This document shows, piece after piece, positions 1 to 11,879 of a stretch of DNA of 64,000 nucleotides. Position 1 is the first letter of the stretch. Each line of letters starts with the position of its first letter. Source of the stretch: Lytechinus pictus (Eukaryota). The notes beneath the pieces are model-generated. The model did no database searches, had not been told where the DNA came from, and was given only the letters and a program-made list of their open reading frames with translations. The stretch covers positions 36,272,001-36,336,000 of the forward strand of contig NC_087251.1 in the NCBI RefSeq assembly GCF_037042905.1, written 5' to 3'. The position numbers were made by a program, and so were the translations under genes.

Positions 1-1170
1 AATAATATACATATTCAATAAGTGATAAAAATATAAATTAACATGCATGTCAAATCAAAATTATGATAGCAATTCAAAATTCACAGAGTTTAAGCAATAT
101 GTTTTCTCCTCAAATATGCATGTCCATTTTGCGTCACACCGTAACCATGTTTATGAATATTCATATCTCATTAATTCAGTGGATCAAAATAACAAATGTT
201 ATCATTTTGAAAAGTGGGTTACAGCAACTACTGTCAGGTACCATTTCTTGGCAATAACTATTCAAATATGGGTGATATCTTTGTTTGAATGCAAAAAAGT
301 TGTTTCTGAATGTCACTCCGTAACCGTGGAACTGCCCTGGATCATTGAATTAATGGAGATAGATGACTAGATAGATAAATATATGATTCAATGATTTTTT
401 TTATAAATCACCTTTTATTCATAGAAAAGGGAATCAAATACGTTAATGGGCCCAGGTTATCAGTTCTAGATGAACGTAATACAGGGCAACATAAGATGAA
501 TACAGTACGGTATACATAAACAAACTTAAAACAAGAGATACTAATTATTTACATATCAAACGCGTCAATTCATAACAAAATTCATAGTAAAGTGATGAGA
601 AGGGGGAAGGAGGGGATATGCTATCTCATGGTTTAACTTAAGTTGTTCTGATTTTAAAATGAGTTCATTGTACTAACATATTGGTATTACAAAAATATAT
701 AAATTATGCAATTATAAATATATGAACAGATAAAGTGTAAATTCACATAAGTAGGCCTAGATCTTGAATTTATATTTTATATATATATAAAAGGTGTTAT
801 TTTGTTCGGCGAAGTATATGATATATTGATTGAATAAATAATAATAGTTAGCTAGATGATGGTATTTAATTTAAGAAATGTATGCAAATTGTGCATAGAA
901 ATAAGACATTATTGAAGATAAGATGTCTGAAAAGCTCTTGTTTATCAAGAGACCAGTTGGGGGTCGAGTAGGTGTAGCCATTCCCCCCCCCCAATGTGTC
1001 CAAGCCTGATGGATTACAAGTACAATTTGTGCCGCTACTTGAGATCCCCTGGTTTAGCCTTTGTAATTTAAAATTGATTGTAGTAATTACTGGCATGGAG
1101 ATAGAAATAGACTTCATATTTCCTTGGAAATGGATTAATCTCAGAATATTTCTTTTCTATTCTTGCTTAG

Positions 1171-3454
1171 CTGAGGATGCACGAGAAGCAGCAGCACACA
1201 ATGTAGCAGGCGTGGTCGTATCCAATCATGGAGCTAGACAGCTTGATGGGGTTCCATCTACAGTAAGCTCAATGTATTTATGTTTACCACAATATTTGTA
1301 TAATTCCCAATGACATGAACTGTCAAAGGACATTGAATTACTCATCAAAATCCTTTGCCAGAATCACTCCCATTCACTGGAGCATATTTTTCTCCTCAAC
1401 TTCATTGAAATAAACAAGTGAAGATGCAACTGAAAAAAAGTCATTTGATAGATGAAACTGTCCTAATCTGTAAAATTATGTGTCATTCAGTTTATTTACA
1501 TGTTTTACCATGATAGCCAGTAGCAATTTCATGTATTTCATTCTTTTGATAAAAGAAACCCTTCCTGTTAGCTGCATGATTTTGAAATCAAAATCACCAA
1601 AAAATGTAGACCATTTTGTTGACAGTATTGATAATATTATTTGGAATACTTGTATTGACCTTTTGAATAGATTGATGCCTTGCCTGAGGTTGTTGATGCT
1701 TTAAAAGGCACCGGGTTGGAGGTTTATCTGGATGGTGGCGTCAGGACTGGAACAGATGTTCTAAAGGCGATAGCCCTCGGAGCGAGGGCGGTATTCGTTG
1801 GTCGACCAGCATTGTGGGCTTTGGCATACAATGTAAGTGCAGTCATAAAATATTGACTTTCTAGTCAGGCAAAATTGCTAATGGCTAATACTAATGACTA
1901 GTTGCATTGACCAGTTATTGTTTTGAGGTGAGGATGGTTTATCAAATGGGCATTAGAATATATACCCACAATTGTTACCTCTGAAATTGTCCAAACTGTT
2001 TCAAAGGTATCTTGTGCATGTATAATTCATAATAATACTCTAAAAGCTGTGTAGTATTTATGAATAAACTACCTGAATTTTTATTTTTTTTACAGAGGAT
2101 TACAATACTACGCATAGTCTTTGAATAGGCCAGTCCAGGATTGGATTTTAAGTGTTTACATACCTTTCAAACAGAGGTCATTTTGACATTCCGAAAGCTT
2201 TCTTTAAGATTACTGAACATAGCAGCAAAGATTATTTGAATGGCTTAACATAGCTCAGAGAAAAAAAAAATGCTTAAGAATTTATATTTCATTTGACAAA
2301 ATTAGTCTAGTGCTCATTTGCTACCTTAGTCATAAATGAATACTGGATGTTAAGAGGGAAATTGAAATAAAAAATAAAACATTCTCAATGAGAAAAAATA
2401 ATTATTGATTCATCTTCTCTGAGTATCATGTAAGCTCAAAGTAAATGGTAGCATACCAATCATAGTGGGTAGGATTTCTATGGCTATCCATCTTTATTTA
2501 TTATCATTCAAAATAGATCCAATCTAAGAAAAAAAAAAACTAATGCTCTGAAAATATGCAATTGGGTCGCTGAGGGTACACACAATTAACAATTGAAATA
2601 TCTATCTGTCTTCTGCTCCTAATGGTTAATCTATTGTTTTCTTCCCACATTTATTCGCCAGGGTGAGGCAGGAGTGAAGAGAATGATTGAAATTTTAAGG
2701 GATGAGTTTAGTCTTGCCATGGCTCTTTCAGGTGAGACCTTCATGTGATAGTAGATTTTTTTGTATTAAATTTCCAGATATTATGATGAGCTGATGAATA
2801 GGGGTACCCTTCCTAACAAGGAACCCCCGATTATATGCTATCTCACAATTTTTTTTAATTTTCTTTTAAATTTAAATTCAACTTTTATCGTAAAAATATT
2901 CATTTTCCCACAACTACTGAATGTTGTCAGGGGCAATAGCCTTTAAAAAAATTACTATCACAGTTACTGTACCATCCATTGGCAATTACCATGGCAACAT
3001 AACCCAACAGCCAATGAATATATAGAATTCTATGGAAGTTACCGTTGGATGCCAAAGTTACCATGATATTAATGGTATACAAATAATGCACATAAGCGCG
3101 TGCGTGCAGGGCCAAATAATGAACGATGTGCAAGAAGAGCCAATGGATATACCGCAATTAGCTGAATATCATGTGATCCGATTTGGACCAATCAGATTAC
3201 AGAACATTCTTTGGAGTTGTATAATCACTTTTATGCAATACGTTCCAGATGGAATCAATCTCAGCAAAAGCAACTGATTTCACTGGAACTTTAAAAATCT
3301 ACATTATTAAGTGCAAATGATTTATATTTTACATACAATGATTGACCTATTTCCTTTTTTTTCTCATAATTTTCAAGGTGCAACAAATATCTCAGAAATC
3401 AACAGGAGATTAGTCCGAAGACAATCGCCATCTTATACCTCTTCAAAACTGTAA
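1171..3454 (+). CDS. HAO1: Peroxisomal 2-hydroxyacid oxidase (glycolate oxidase/HAO1-like), 3' part; 5' exons lie upstream of the window
   Basis: GT-AG exons 1171-1262 ([31 protein letters not shown], catalytic SNHGxRQLD), 1671-1832 ([33 protein letters not shown]-binding), 2662-2731 ([23 protein letters not shown]) and 3378-3454 ([25 protein letters not shown]). Phases are compatible and the protein ends in the PTS1 tripeptide SKL. Confidence 0.92.
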
Positions 3455-4371
3455 TAGAACTTATCTGGAACCCATAACAAAAAAGCTAACAATTGACCTT
3501 AGGGTTGATTTTGCCCATTGATCATGCGCAATGGTCATTGCAATCAAATGTAGAAATCAGCCCTACGGTCAGTTGTTATGCTCAATGTTACCGGGCACTG
3601 GTCATCGTATATTCCTCTATACAAATAATTAAAAACGAATGTATATTTTTTTACTGCCATTGTCAAATCAGTGATATACATTATAATGTAATTGTGTGCT
3701 GTAGTTTGAAAGATGTGTCTGTTGATGGGCATGTGACCATTTAGTGTTTGAATCATTCATTGTGCATGCATTTAATGTAAGGTTAAAAGTGAACGAGGAG
3801 CACTCCACCTGGGAGTTTAAAAAAAAAGTCAGTTCTGACAGGTTCATTGAAATCCTTCAGTTTGGTTGGCTGAAAAGCAGTGGTCTTTGACTGTTACTAT
3901 GGTAACTGCCAAAGAATGAAAACTTGTCAGTGCTGAGAAATGATGCCCATATCTCACTTTAATCAGCAAAGTGGGTTTTTAAATGAACTCATTTGACATA
4001 TCTCCACACCATTTACTTACTGCAATTTGAAGAGAATATATCTCTTAACTTATTCCAATGGAGTTGATGATAATATAAGTACCTTACAGTTTATTAAGAT
4101 TGTATGATGTGAGGCAGTTCAGAACTTTAGATTATTGAAAACATGTATATTTTTTTTCATGTAATATATCTTGGCCTCTACAACATTAATGTACAGGTAA
4201 ACTTGTGTGAGTAGATTTTCAATATGTCCAATATTCACCCATGGCAAAGCAGTTTTTTAGACCACATTATGCAAAACGAGTTTTATAGACCTCATCAAAT
4301 TTCTCCTCAGTCTATCAGATTTCCGTGATCCCAAAAGATTTGACTTCAGAAAAGTTTATTCATAAATATCA

Positions 4372-4790
4372 ATGACTGACTGGCTGACTTAGGTGCATAG
4401 GACGGTGTGTCTCCTACTGGTGATCCTTTTCCATTCAACTGGGCGTTGTGGCGTGCGCCTGTAATCCAAGCTATGTGGGGAAGTTACAAATTGATGCAGA
4501 GGTTCGAGGTTCGAGCCCTGGTCACGTATTTCGAATGGTGACGTTAAAGGTCGGTCCCAGACATAAATAATCATATCTGATTGATACACGTCTGACAAAA
4601 CTCAAATACACACACACACTTTTCCATTCAGTTCTACCCTGGGCTAGGTCTTCAGAATCCTGTGAGTCCCACATCACTTCTGACTTGGTCCCTCCATCTG
4701 GTATGGGGACGTCCTGGTGGTCTCCTCTTTTCAAAGTCATTCCTGTAGGCCTTGACAAATATACTTTTATCTTGGACATCTCGAAAAATC
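4372..4790 (-). mobile_element. 3' end of an RTE-like LINE, split by the SINE at 4438-4618
   Basis: Removing the SINE and one TSD rejoins the minus-strand frame as ...DSEDLAQGRTEWKRITSRRHTVLCT*, resembling the AQDRxxWR C-terminus of RTE-clade ORFs, followed by an (AGTC)n-like tail. Confidence 0.55.
4438..4618 (+). mobile_element. SINE with 7SL (SRP RNA Alu-domain)-like head, B-box and (CA)n tail
   Basis: Perfect 12-bp TSD cttttccattca at 4426-4437 and 4619-4630. Head is ACTGGGCGTTGTGGCGTGCGCCTGTAATCCAAGCTA, followed by a GGTTCGAGCCC B-box and a tail of (CA)n. Confidence 0.75.
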
Positions 4791-6427
4791 AAGTTAAACT
4801 TGGGCATTTTAGACTTTGTGGACAATTTAGACTTGTGAAATGATAGTGTAAAAGAGAAGATAAGTGATGTACAGTAAGATCATATTAGGCATCAGAAATG
4901 TTAGGTTTGAATATGCATACTGCTGATCGGTATGAGTATATCATGTCAAGTACATAGGTATTCACTTGCTACACTGTGTACTTCTGACAAATTGGCAATA
5001 TCATGTATCCTCATGACTAGAGTATTTTTTAACTTCAATCATATTCATTTTATTATCCACTGTGTGAATATTCATTTTATGGAATTTGTATTGTGATTAT
5101 AGGACAACTCCCCTCCCCCAAGAGGGCATCTTTCCCAGGGCTTGTGCCTTCACATCCGTTTATCACATCTGGTCGGGCAATAGTGTAATCCAGCCATGCC
5201 CAACCATATTCTCGCAAGGTCGGGTCCAGTTTACCCAATGTTTTGTGAAAATTATAAGCTAAATATACATAAGGGTTGGATCAAATTGGACCTTTCTGGA
5301 ATTTAAGGGGCCCTTTTCTTGAATGGTCAAGTTATGTGGTTGCCCAACCACATACAATAACCCGATGTTGTGGCTCAAGTCCTTTCCCTGTGACTGGCTA
5401 GTTATCCTCAAAGGAGTTGTCCTTCGGGTGAGGTGTCCTCTAGGGAGACTTTCCCCCATGGAAACATTTCTCCATGGGAGGTGCTGACTGTGCTCCACTG
5501 GATTTTCATGTGGGGATTGCCTTGTTTGCTCGATAATGTGTAGTTTGTATAATTCATCTGAAATTACCTCATGACATGATGTTTTGATTTCGAGGTTTAT
5601 TTTTAATATTTAAATGTACTATCGTCTAGAATCATGCCTTATGTCATTCTATTCTTGACACATATAAATATTGCAATATAAACAAATTATATTCTGTATG
5701 TTGGGGAAAAAATAAATGGTTCACATTTATATGTCATAAATGGTGCAAACTGTCCTATTGATTTCATTCTTGTATCAAAGTAGTAAACCTGATGAGGTGT
5801 GATTTTCTTGGTCGGTAGAGTGGTGGTTTTGGCATTCAGTGACCTGGGTTTGATCACTCCTTTGTGCCAGATGGTAATAAGTATTTACTCTCATTACCCA
5901 GTCAATGAGAGAAGACCTTCAAGGGAAAGGTCACACAATGGTAATTTGTTTTTTCTAAAGGTTTGAATTATGTTTTATTTTCCCAGCCGTTTTTAACATG
6001 ACATGGTCCCACCTCTTGTAAAAATATTATTGTTTGATTAAACTTTTCTTAAATCTTTATTTCTAAGATAGCACCCAGATTTCTAAACGAAATAACAATT
6101 TAAATGTACTTTGGAATGTGGTGTATTCAGCATTTATGTTATGTTTCTTTTATCTTAATATATAATATAATGGAATATTTGGAATGAGCTTTATATAATA
6201 TATAAAGCTCGTTCCAAATGTTGTAAAGCACCAGCTGTAATTTAAAACATTACAATGTGTGTTTTCTTAAAATCGGACACTAGTAAACGACAAACATATT
6301 ATCGTTTGTTTTAATATAAAAACTATATCTTTTATTATTAAACAAATATATAATATATTTTCCATACCTTTCTTTTGTTCTTTTCTTTCAATTTTCAGCA
6401 AATTTCCTACTCTATTTCAAATCTTTA

Positions 6428-6654
6428 CCGGGCCTAGTGGCTCAGTGGTATATTGTCCGCCTCATGAACGCGAGGTCGTGGGTTTGATACCCGGCCAAGT
6501 CATACCAAAGACTTCCAAAATTGGGACCTTCTGCCTTTTTGCAAGGCGCTCAGTGTTAAGATTGGAGAAGGGTAATAATTCATGCAGTGCCCGCTGGTAG
6601 AGCAGTTTCCACACTGAAGTTGCTACCTTGAGGAAAATAAAGTGTTATTATTAA
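6428..6654 (+). mobile_element. tRNA-derived SINE
   Basis: A-box TGGCTCAGTGG and B-box-like GGTTTGATACC in a degenerate tRNA head, then a body (gtcataccaaagact...) and a TTA-repeat tail. The 3' part resembles 23870-23935. Confidence 0.65.
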
Positions 6655-7126
6655 TCTCGAGCTTTCCTAATCCCTATAATATTAACTACTTTTGATATCC
6701 CTAATGGTCATTACTCAAATATTTATCCTTATACATAGCACTTTAATATACTGCGTGTTTAAGCAAAAAAATGCATTGTGTGATTTGAAGAAGGGATATA
6801 CTTGTTCATTTCCTCCCTTTTCGTCTTCGCCCCTTATAATCTTACTTTTGTCATGGAATATCAAATGTTTTGGTACATTAGATTAAATATTGACCCGGAA
6901 CTATTCTCATTCGATATGAACAATTCATGTGGTCATTAATTAAATCTTTATTTAATCAGATATTGATTTGTTATAGATGACTCAATGTTAGATCACCTTG
7001 AAATTCTTTATTTATTTTTCTTAGATGATGTTTTTTTTCACAAGATATTCCAAGGTTTTTAACAACGTGATTCCTTTATTATTGCTCTAATTATCATCAA
7101 ATATCCTTCTCTTTCTTATCTCCAGG

Positions 7127-7186
7127 CAGTGGCGTACCTAGGATTTTCCACAGGGGGGGCAAAATCGGCCGCCAAAAAATTTGACA

Positions 7187-7223
<37 letters not shown>

Positions 7224-7463
7224 TCTTCAATAAAAAAAATTTAGGTTTTCGTACCAGAAAAAAATTTGACAAGCAAAAAAAAAAAAAAAAGGTCTTCAGG
7301 CTCTTCAGGGGGGGCATTAAAGGTCTTCAAGTTCGTCAGGGGGGGCAAAAAAGGTCTTTTAAACTCGTCAGGGGGCAGGTATATGTCTTTTGTATGGGTT
7401 GTGGCTCGTCAGGGGGGGGGGCAGAGTGCCCCCTCTGCCCCCCCCCCCGTAGGTACGCTAGTG
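7127..7463. mobile_element. hAT-like MITE
   Basis: Imperfect TIRs cagtggcgtacctag / gtaggtacgctagtg with 8-bp TSD tctccagg (7119-7126 and 7464-7471). Same family at 54695-54991, 58021-58280, 58511-58672 and in later array units. Confidence 0.85.
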
Positions 7464-7961
7464 TCTCCAGGCCAATTTTGCTTATTATCAAAAGTAAAAG
7501 TGATTCCCCCCCCCCGAAGTTTACCTTGGTAGTTTTGTTTCATTTTAGTTACGGAGTATACAGAAAGTGACGCAATACCTAGAGAACTCTATCATATCTT
7601 TTACACAGAAATAAACATATCATATTTGAAGAATAAATTTTCCACTATTTCTAAATCATATTTGTATGCGTCTGACTGTCTGACAAGTCGTTATAAAAGT
7701 AGAAACATTGATGAAATTAGACAATCTATATGGAATACTTCTGTTCATGCAGTAATGAGTAATTTTATCTAAAAAATTATATTCGTGCAAACATTCGGGT
7801 GACAAAATATAAAATGTATTAGCACTCAAGTATTCATGTATAGAAATAAAAAGCGTTCAGTAGGTGTGTGCTTTTTCATTCTTCCTGAAAATAATTAGAA
7901 ACCAGTAAAAACTAATATGCCTAAGTAATTTTTGAATACTCAAATCATAATTGTACTAGAC

Positions 7962-9426
7962 CACTGGCGTAAATCCCGGGGGGATGGGGGGATATATCCC
8001 CCCACTTTTCGAGGAGGGGGGGGATGGCCTGTACAAACATCCCCCCCCCCACTTTTTACGAATGAAATGAAAAAAAAAATCACAAGAGATAATTGTTTTA
8101 TTGGTGAAAATTCCTCCTAAAATACCGCTTAACAAATAAAACAAGATTGAATCATAAAATGCAAATAAAGAGCCAGTTCACCATTTCCAAACGAAATACT
8201 TATGTCCTTAATATAACATTGAAGAGAAACCCCCGTTTCTTCCAATGTTGGGGTCTTGGGAAGGGATTAAGATGGAATGTCAAAAAATTTGAATGTAATC
8301 TCTAATAAAACCATTAAACTATCATGGGGTAAAAATATAATAATATTGGAGGGGTATTTGCCATATGGACATACAGTGGCGTAACTACGGGGGGCATGGG
8401 AGGGCACATCCCCCCCCCCCCCCCCCCCCATCGGCTGTCCAAAAAAAAACGGGGAAAGGGGGGAAGGAGAAAAGAGGGAGAAAGGAAGAGAAGCGTAGTG
8501 GGAAAGAAGAAAATATTATTCATTATAATGTTATGTTACATTACATAAGAAACATTTTTATCATAACTTTATGAAAACATAATTTGCCCAGGGCCTACGT
8601 CTTCATTGTTCCTGGTGCTCGCATTGTCTGTTTAACGAGATATATAATCCTGTTGTACTAAAACATCCCGTTTTCAAGTCAATATAAACCAAACATATTT
8701 CCTAGCACTTGAGTTATCATTGTTTTATGTAGTGACATATGCTTCTTTTTCATGACTCAAAAGTGCATTGCCCCATGTTAAGGTCTTCGTATATATGAAA
8801 CATTTCCTGTCCGTGATTACGTTCGCATTAGTGGATTGGTGAGATATGTCTGCTCTTCATGAATTCCTAAAATCAGTCCTTAAAATGTCCCTTCTGATCT
8901 GAATATTAAAAAAAAATTCAGCTCGCGCTTCGCGCTCGCATCATTTGGTAAATGAAATACGTATGGTTTTAGTTAATTCCTACAAAGAAACCTTAGAATG
9001 CCCCACTTCAGGTCTGAATTATCTCAGTTTTCAGCTCGCGCTTCGCGCTCGCATTGTTTAGCGAGACAGGTACCTATCATGATTACACAAATTTGATTAT
9101 AATGTCCCTTTTTAGGTGTGAATATAAAAAATTTCAACTCGCGCTTCGCGCTCGCATTATTTGATCAGTGAGATACATGTCCGTTTAATGACATTGTCCT
9201 TAAAATGTCTCTATTAGGTCAGTATAACTGGCAACTGAGCGCGCTCACTAGCGCACTCACTCAGTGATTCAAAAATTTTGCTGGTACCACCCTAATGCCG
9301 TGACCCACGGTACGCCACTGTGGACATATCAATGACAATTCCTTGCATATCTAAAAACATGATTGCAAAAAAATGCCAAAATATTTCAGTCATCCCCCCA
9401 CCCATCAACACGGATTTACGCCAGTG
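7962..9426. mobile_element. hAT-like non-autonomous element (outer member of a nest)
   Basis: Perfect 15-bp TIR cactggcgtaaatcc / ggatttacgccagtg with 8-bp TSD tactagac (7954-7961 and 9427-9434). Confidence 0.88.
8374..9320. mobile_element. hAT-like non-autonomous element nested in 7962-9426
   Basis: TIR cagtggcgta / tacgccactg with 8-bp TSD tggacata (8366-8373 and 9321-9328). Contains internal gctcgcgcttcgcgctcgca repeats. Confidence 0.88.
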
Positions 9427-9754
9427 TACTAGACCTATTGTGTTGCAGTAGACTTAATCAGTTTATTACTCGAAAGTTAAGATTGTAGGATACAGATTTT
9501 ATTGGCATACTGTATGATAGGATAGTACTTGTTTTTTATCCGCCTTCCCGTGATGGAAATTTCGGTCAGTTTGTACCACCTTTACAATAACCTTTATACC
9601 CAAATATCCTCATCTGGGACTTCAACAAATCGGTTTTTGGCAAAGGGGATTTGAAGGGGATTCCGCGTGCAACCCTCTCATGCATAGAGGTTTGCGGAAA
9701 TTTGGCAACTCTGATACTTTTGGCCTATCCAACTTTTGAAGCCTTCGTAGTAAT

Positions 9755-10350
9755 TTAAAAGTCAAGTCCACCCCAGGAAAATGCTGACTTGAATAAATAG
9801 AGAAAAATCAAACTAGCATAGTGCTGAAAATTTCATCAAAATCGGATGTAAAATAAGAAAGTTATGACATTTTATAGTTTCGCTTATTTTTCACAAAACG
9901 GTGATATGCACAACTAGGTGAGTCAGTTGATGATGTCCTATACTCACTGTTTCTTTTGTTTTTTATTGTTTGAATTATACAATATTTCATTTTTTATAGA
10001 TTTGACAATAAGGACCAACTTGACTGAACCATATAGTATTAAACAATGCTAATTCCACATGTTCAGGGAGGAATTATCGTTGTATCACTTGACAATGAGG
10101 AGAAAATAAGAATATTTCATATTTCATATAATAAAATACAAAAGAAATAGTGAGTGGATGTCGTCATAGTCTCCTCATTTGCATACCAGCCAGGGTGTGC
10201 ATATAACTGTTTCGTGAAATTAAGCGAAACTTTAAAATGTCATAACTTTCTTGTTTTACATCCGATTTGGATGAAATTTTCTGTGTTATGCTTGTTGGAT
10301 TTTTCTCTTTTTATTCAAATCAATTTTTTGTTGAGGTGGACTTGTCCTAA
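9755..10350. mobile_element. Non-autonomous DNA element with TTAA-associated ends (Kolobok-like); partial copy at ~19995-20287, relatives at 24522-25133 and 38193-38578
   Basis: Inverted termini aaagtcaagtccacc / ggtggacttgtcct and subterminal inverted blocks (aaatttcatcaaaatcggatgtaaaataagaaagttatgacattt versus its reverse complement near 10235-10280). Confidence 0.6.
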
Positions 10351-11879
10351 AAAAACACCACTTGTATATAGGTTTTTATTTTATACGATTAACGCATTTA
10401 TGGTTCTTTAATAGCGAAGACGGGTAGGCTTATTGCTAAACGAGGGGTAAACACGAACACGCCTCATCGTGGCGCCCTTTAAGTTCTAATTTGGAATAAT
10501 AGGTTTGGAATAATATGAATTGTGATTGTAAAAGTATTGATTTGATCATTTGAAAGAGGAAGAAAATAAATTATTATTTAAAAAATATAAAGGTTGCGAT
10601 AGACAAGTTCATGAAATAGTCCGTTTTCAGGACAGGTTGTTCCAGATAAAGCAAAGTTAACGAACGATTTGTGTCTTATATCTTTTGTATTATGGCATGC
10701 TACATGGGGTCCGGGGTGACCGCTCCCAGCCGTTTTTATTTTAAGTAGTGGAAAAGTCAAAAGTTGAGAATGAAAGGAAAAAGAAGTAAAATAAAAGAGG
10801 AAAATCTAAGAAGAATCTCAAAAGGAGAGGTCTTGATTTTGTAACTCATGCCCGGCCTTAATTCAATTGAGACAAAATTATCTTTATTTCTTCTTATATC
10901 CCTATCAAAATGATGCATGTATTGAGATGATGTTCATTCTAATGAATATCATTTAGATCAGTCGTTGGATAGCTTTTTAGAAGCAAAATAAAGATAACAT
11001 GCTTTATCTACAAGATCTATAAGGCCCGGCCCTATAATTTGTTAGAACTGCCAATACGGGTAGGCCTAGTATATGCAATCCAAATTTCATTTATAGGCAG
11101 GGGCCGCACGGTTTGGGGGGGGGGGAGCCTGAGATGACCATATAAAAAAAAAAAACACAATCCACATGTCATCTATAACAGACAAATTTTCGGGGGCAGC
11201 TAGGCACCACCCCCCCCCCCCCGGCGATTCCGCGGCCAGACTTACAACAAAGCTAACAAAACGATATCACGTGCTTCCTGGAAATTGGATTTCACGTTGA
11301 CAAAAAATAAACCAAGGAGAATGTCAAGATCAAGGACCATGACATGCATTCTTCTCGATCCACGTGCAGATGTTCATGGCCGAGCGCTCCAATATTATAG
11401 GGACCTGGGAACGAGTTTGAATAGAAAGTGTGGATGTGGAAGAAAAATTTGACAGGTAAAAAGGGGGGGGGGCTTACAAAATGAAGGTGATTAAATCACC
11501 TTCAGATTTGGTTAAATTTCTCGTATTTAGCATACAGGATTTTCAAGGACACGAAGAACCAGCTCTCTATGCATATCCCCGCTTCCCAGGGCCATGGCTA
11601 CAACGTAAAACTACGTAGAGTAACTCTATATATACACTTGATCTTGTTTTGCACTCTAGTCCAAACAACTACACGTAGCACGTGTTCAATTCGTGCAATG
11701 ACGTCATGAATTTGGCTGAGCTGCGCTGCCTTGCATACTACAAGGTCATGGGAGAACGTTTTTCAGAGATACTTTTAATAAAGACAAGTGGTGTTTCGCA
11801 GCTAGAAAGTTTAGCATCCCTTGTTCAATCGGGTACACATCATTTATATCTCTGTTGATAAAAACCGATATATCAAACA

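Noticed and set aside
4438..4485. Human Alu contamination or a genuine 7SL gene
   Set aside because: Similarity covers only ~45 nt. There is no S domain, Alu body or poly-A tail, and the segment is embedded between TSDs in host-type repeat sequence.
6177..6219. Short AT-rich palindrome atttggaatgagctttatat-aat-atataaagctcgttccaaat
   Set aside because: It is an isolated hairpin with no TSD or second copy in the window, so it cannot be assigned a function.
6428..6500. Possible tRNA gene
   Set aside because: The stems do not pair as a cloverleaf, there is no oligo-T terminator, and it continues into a SINE body and tail.
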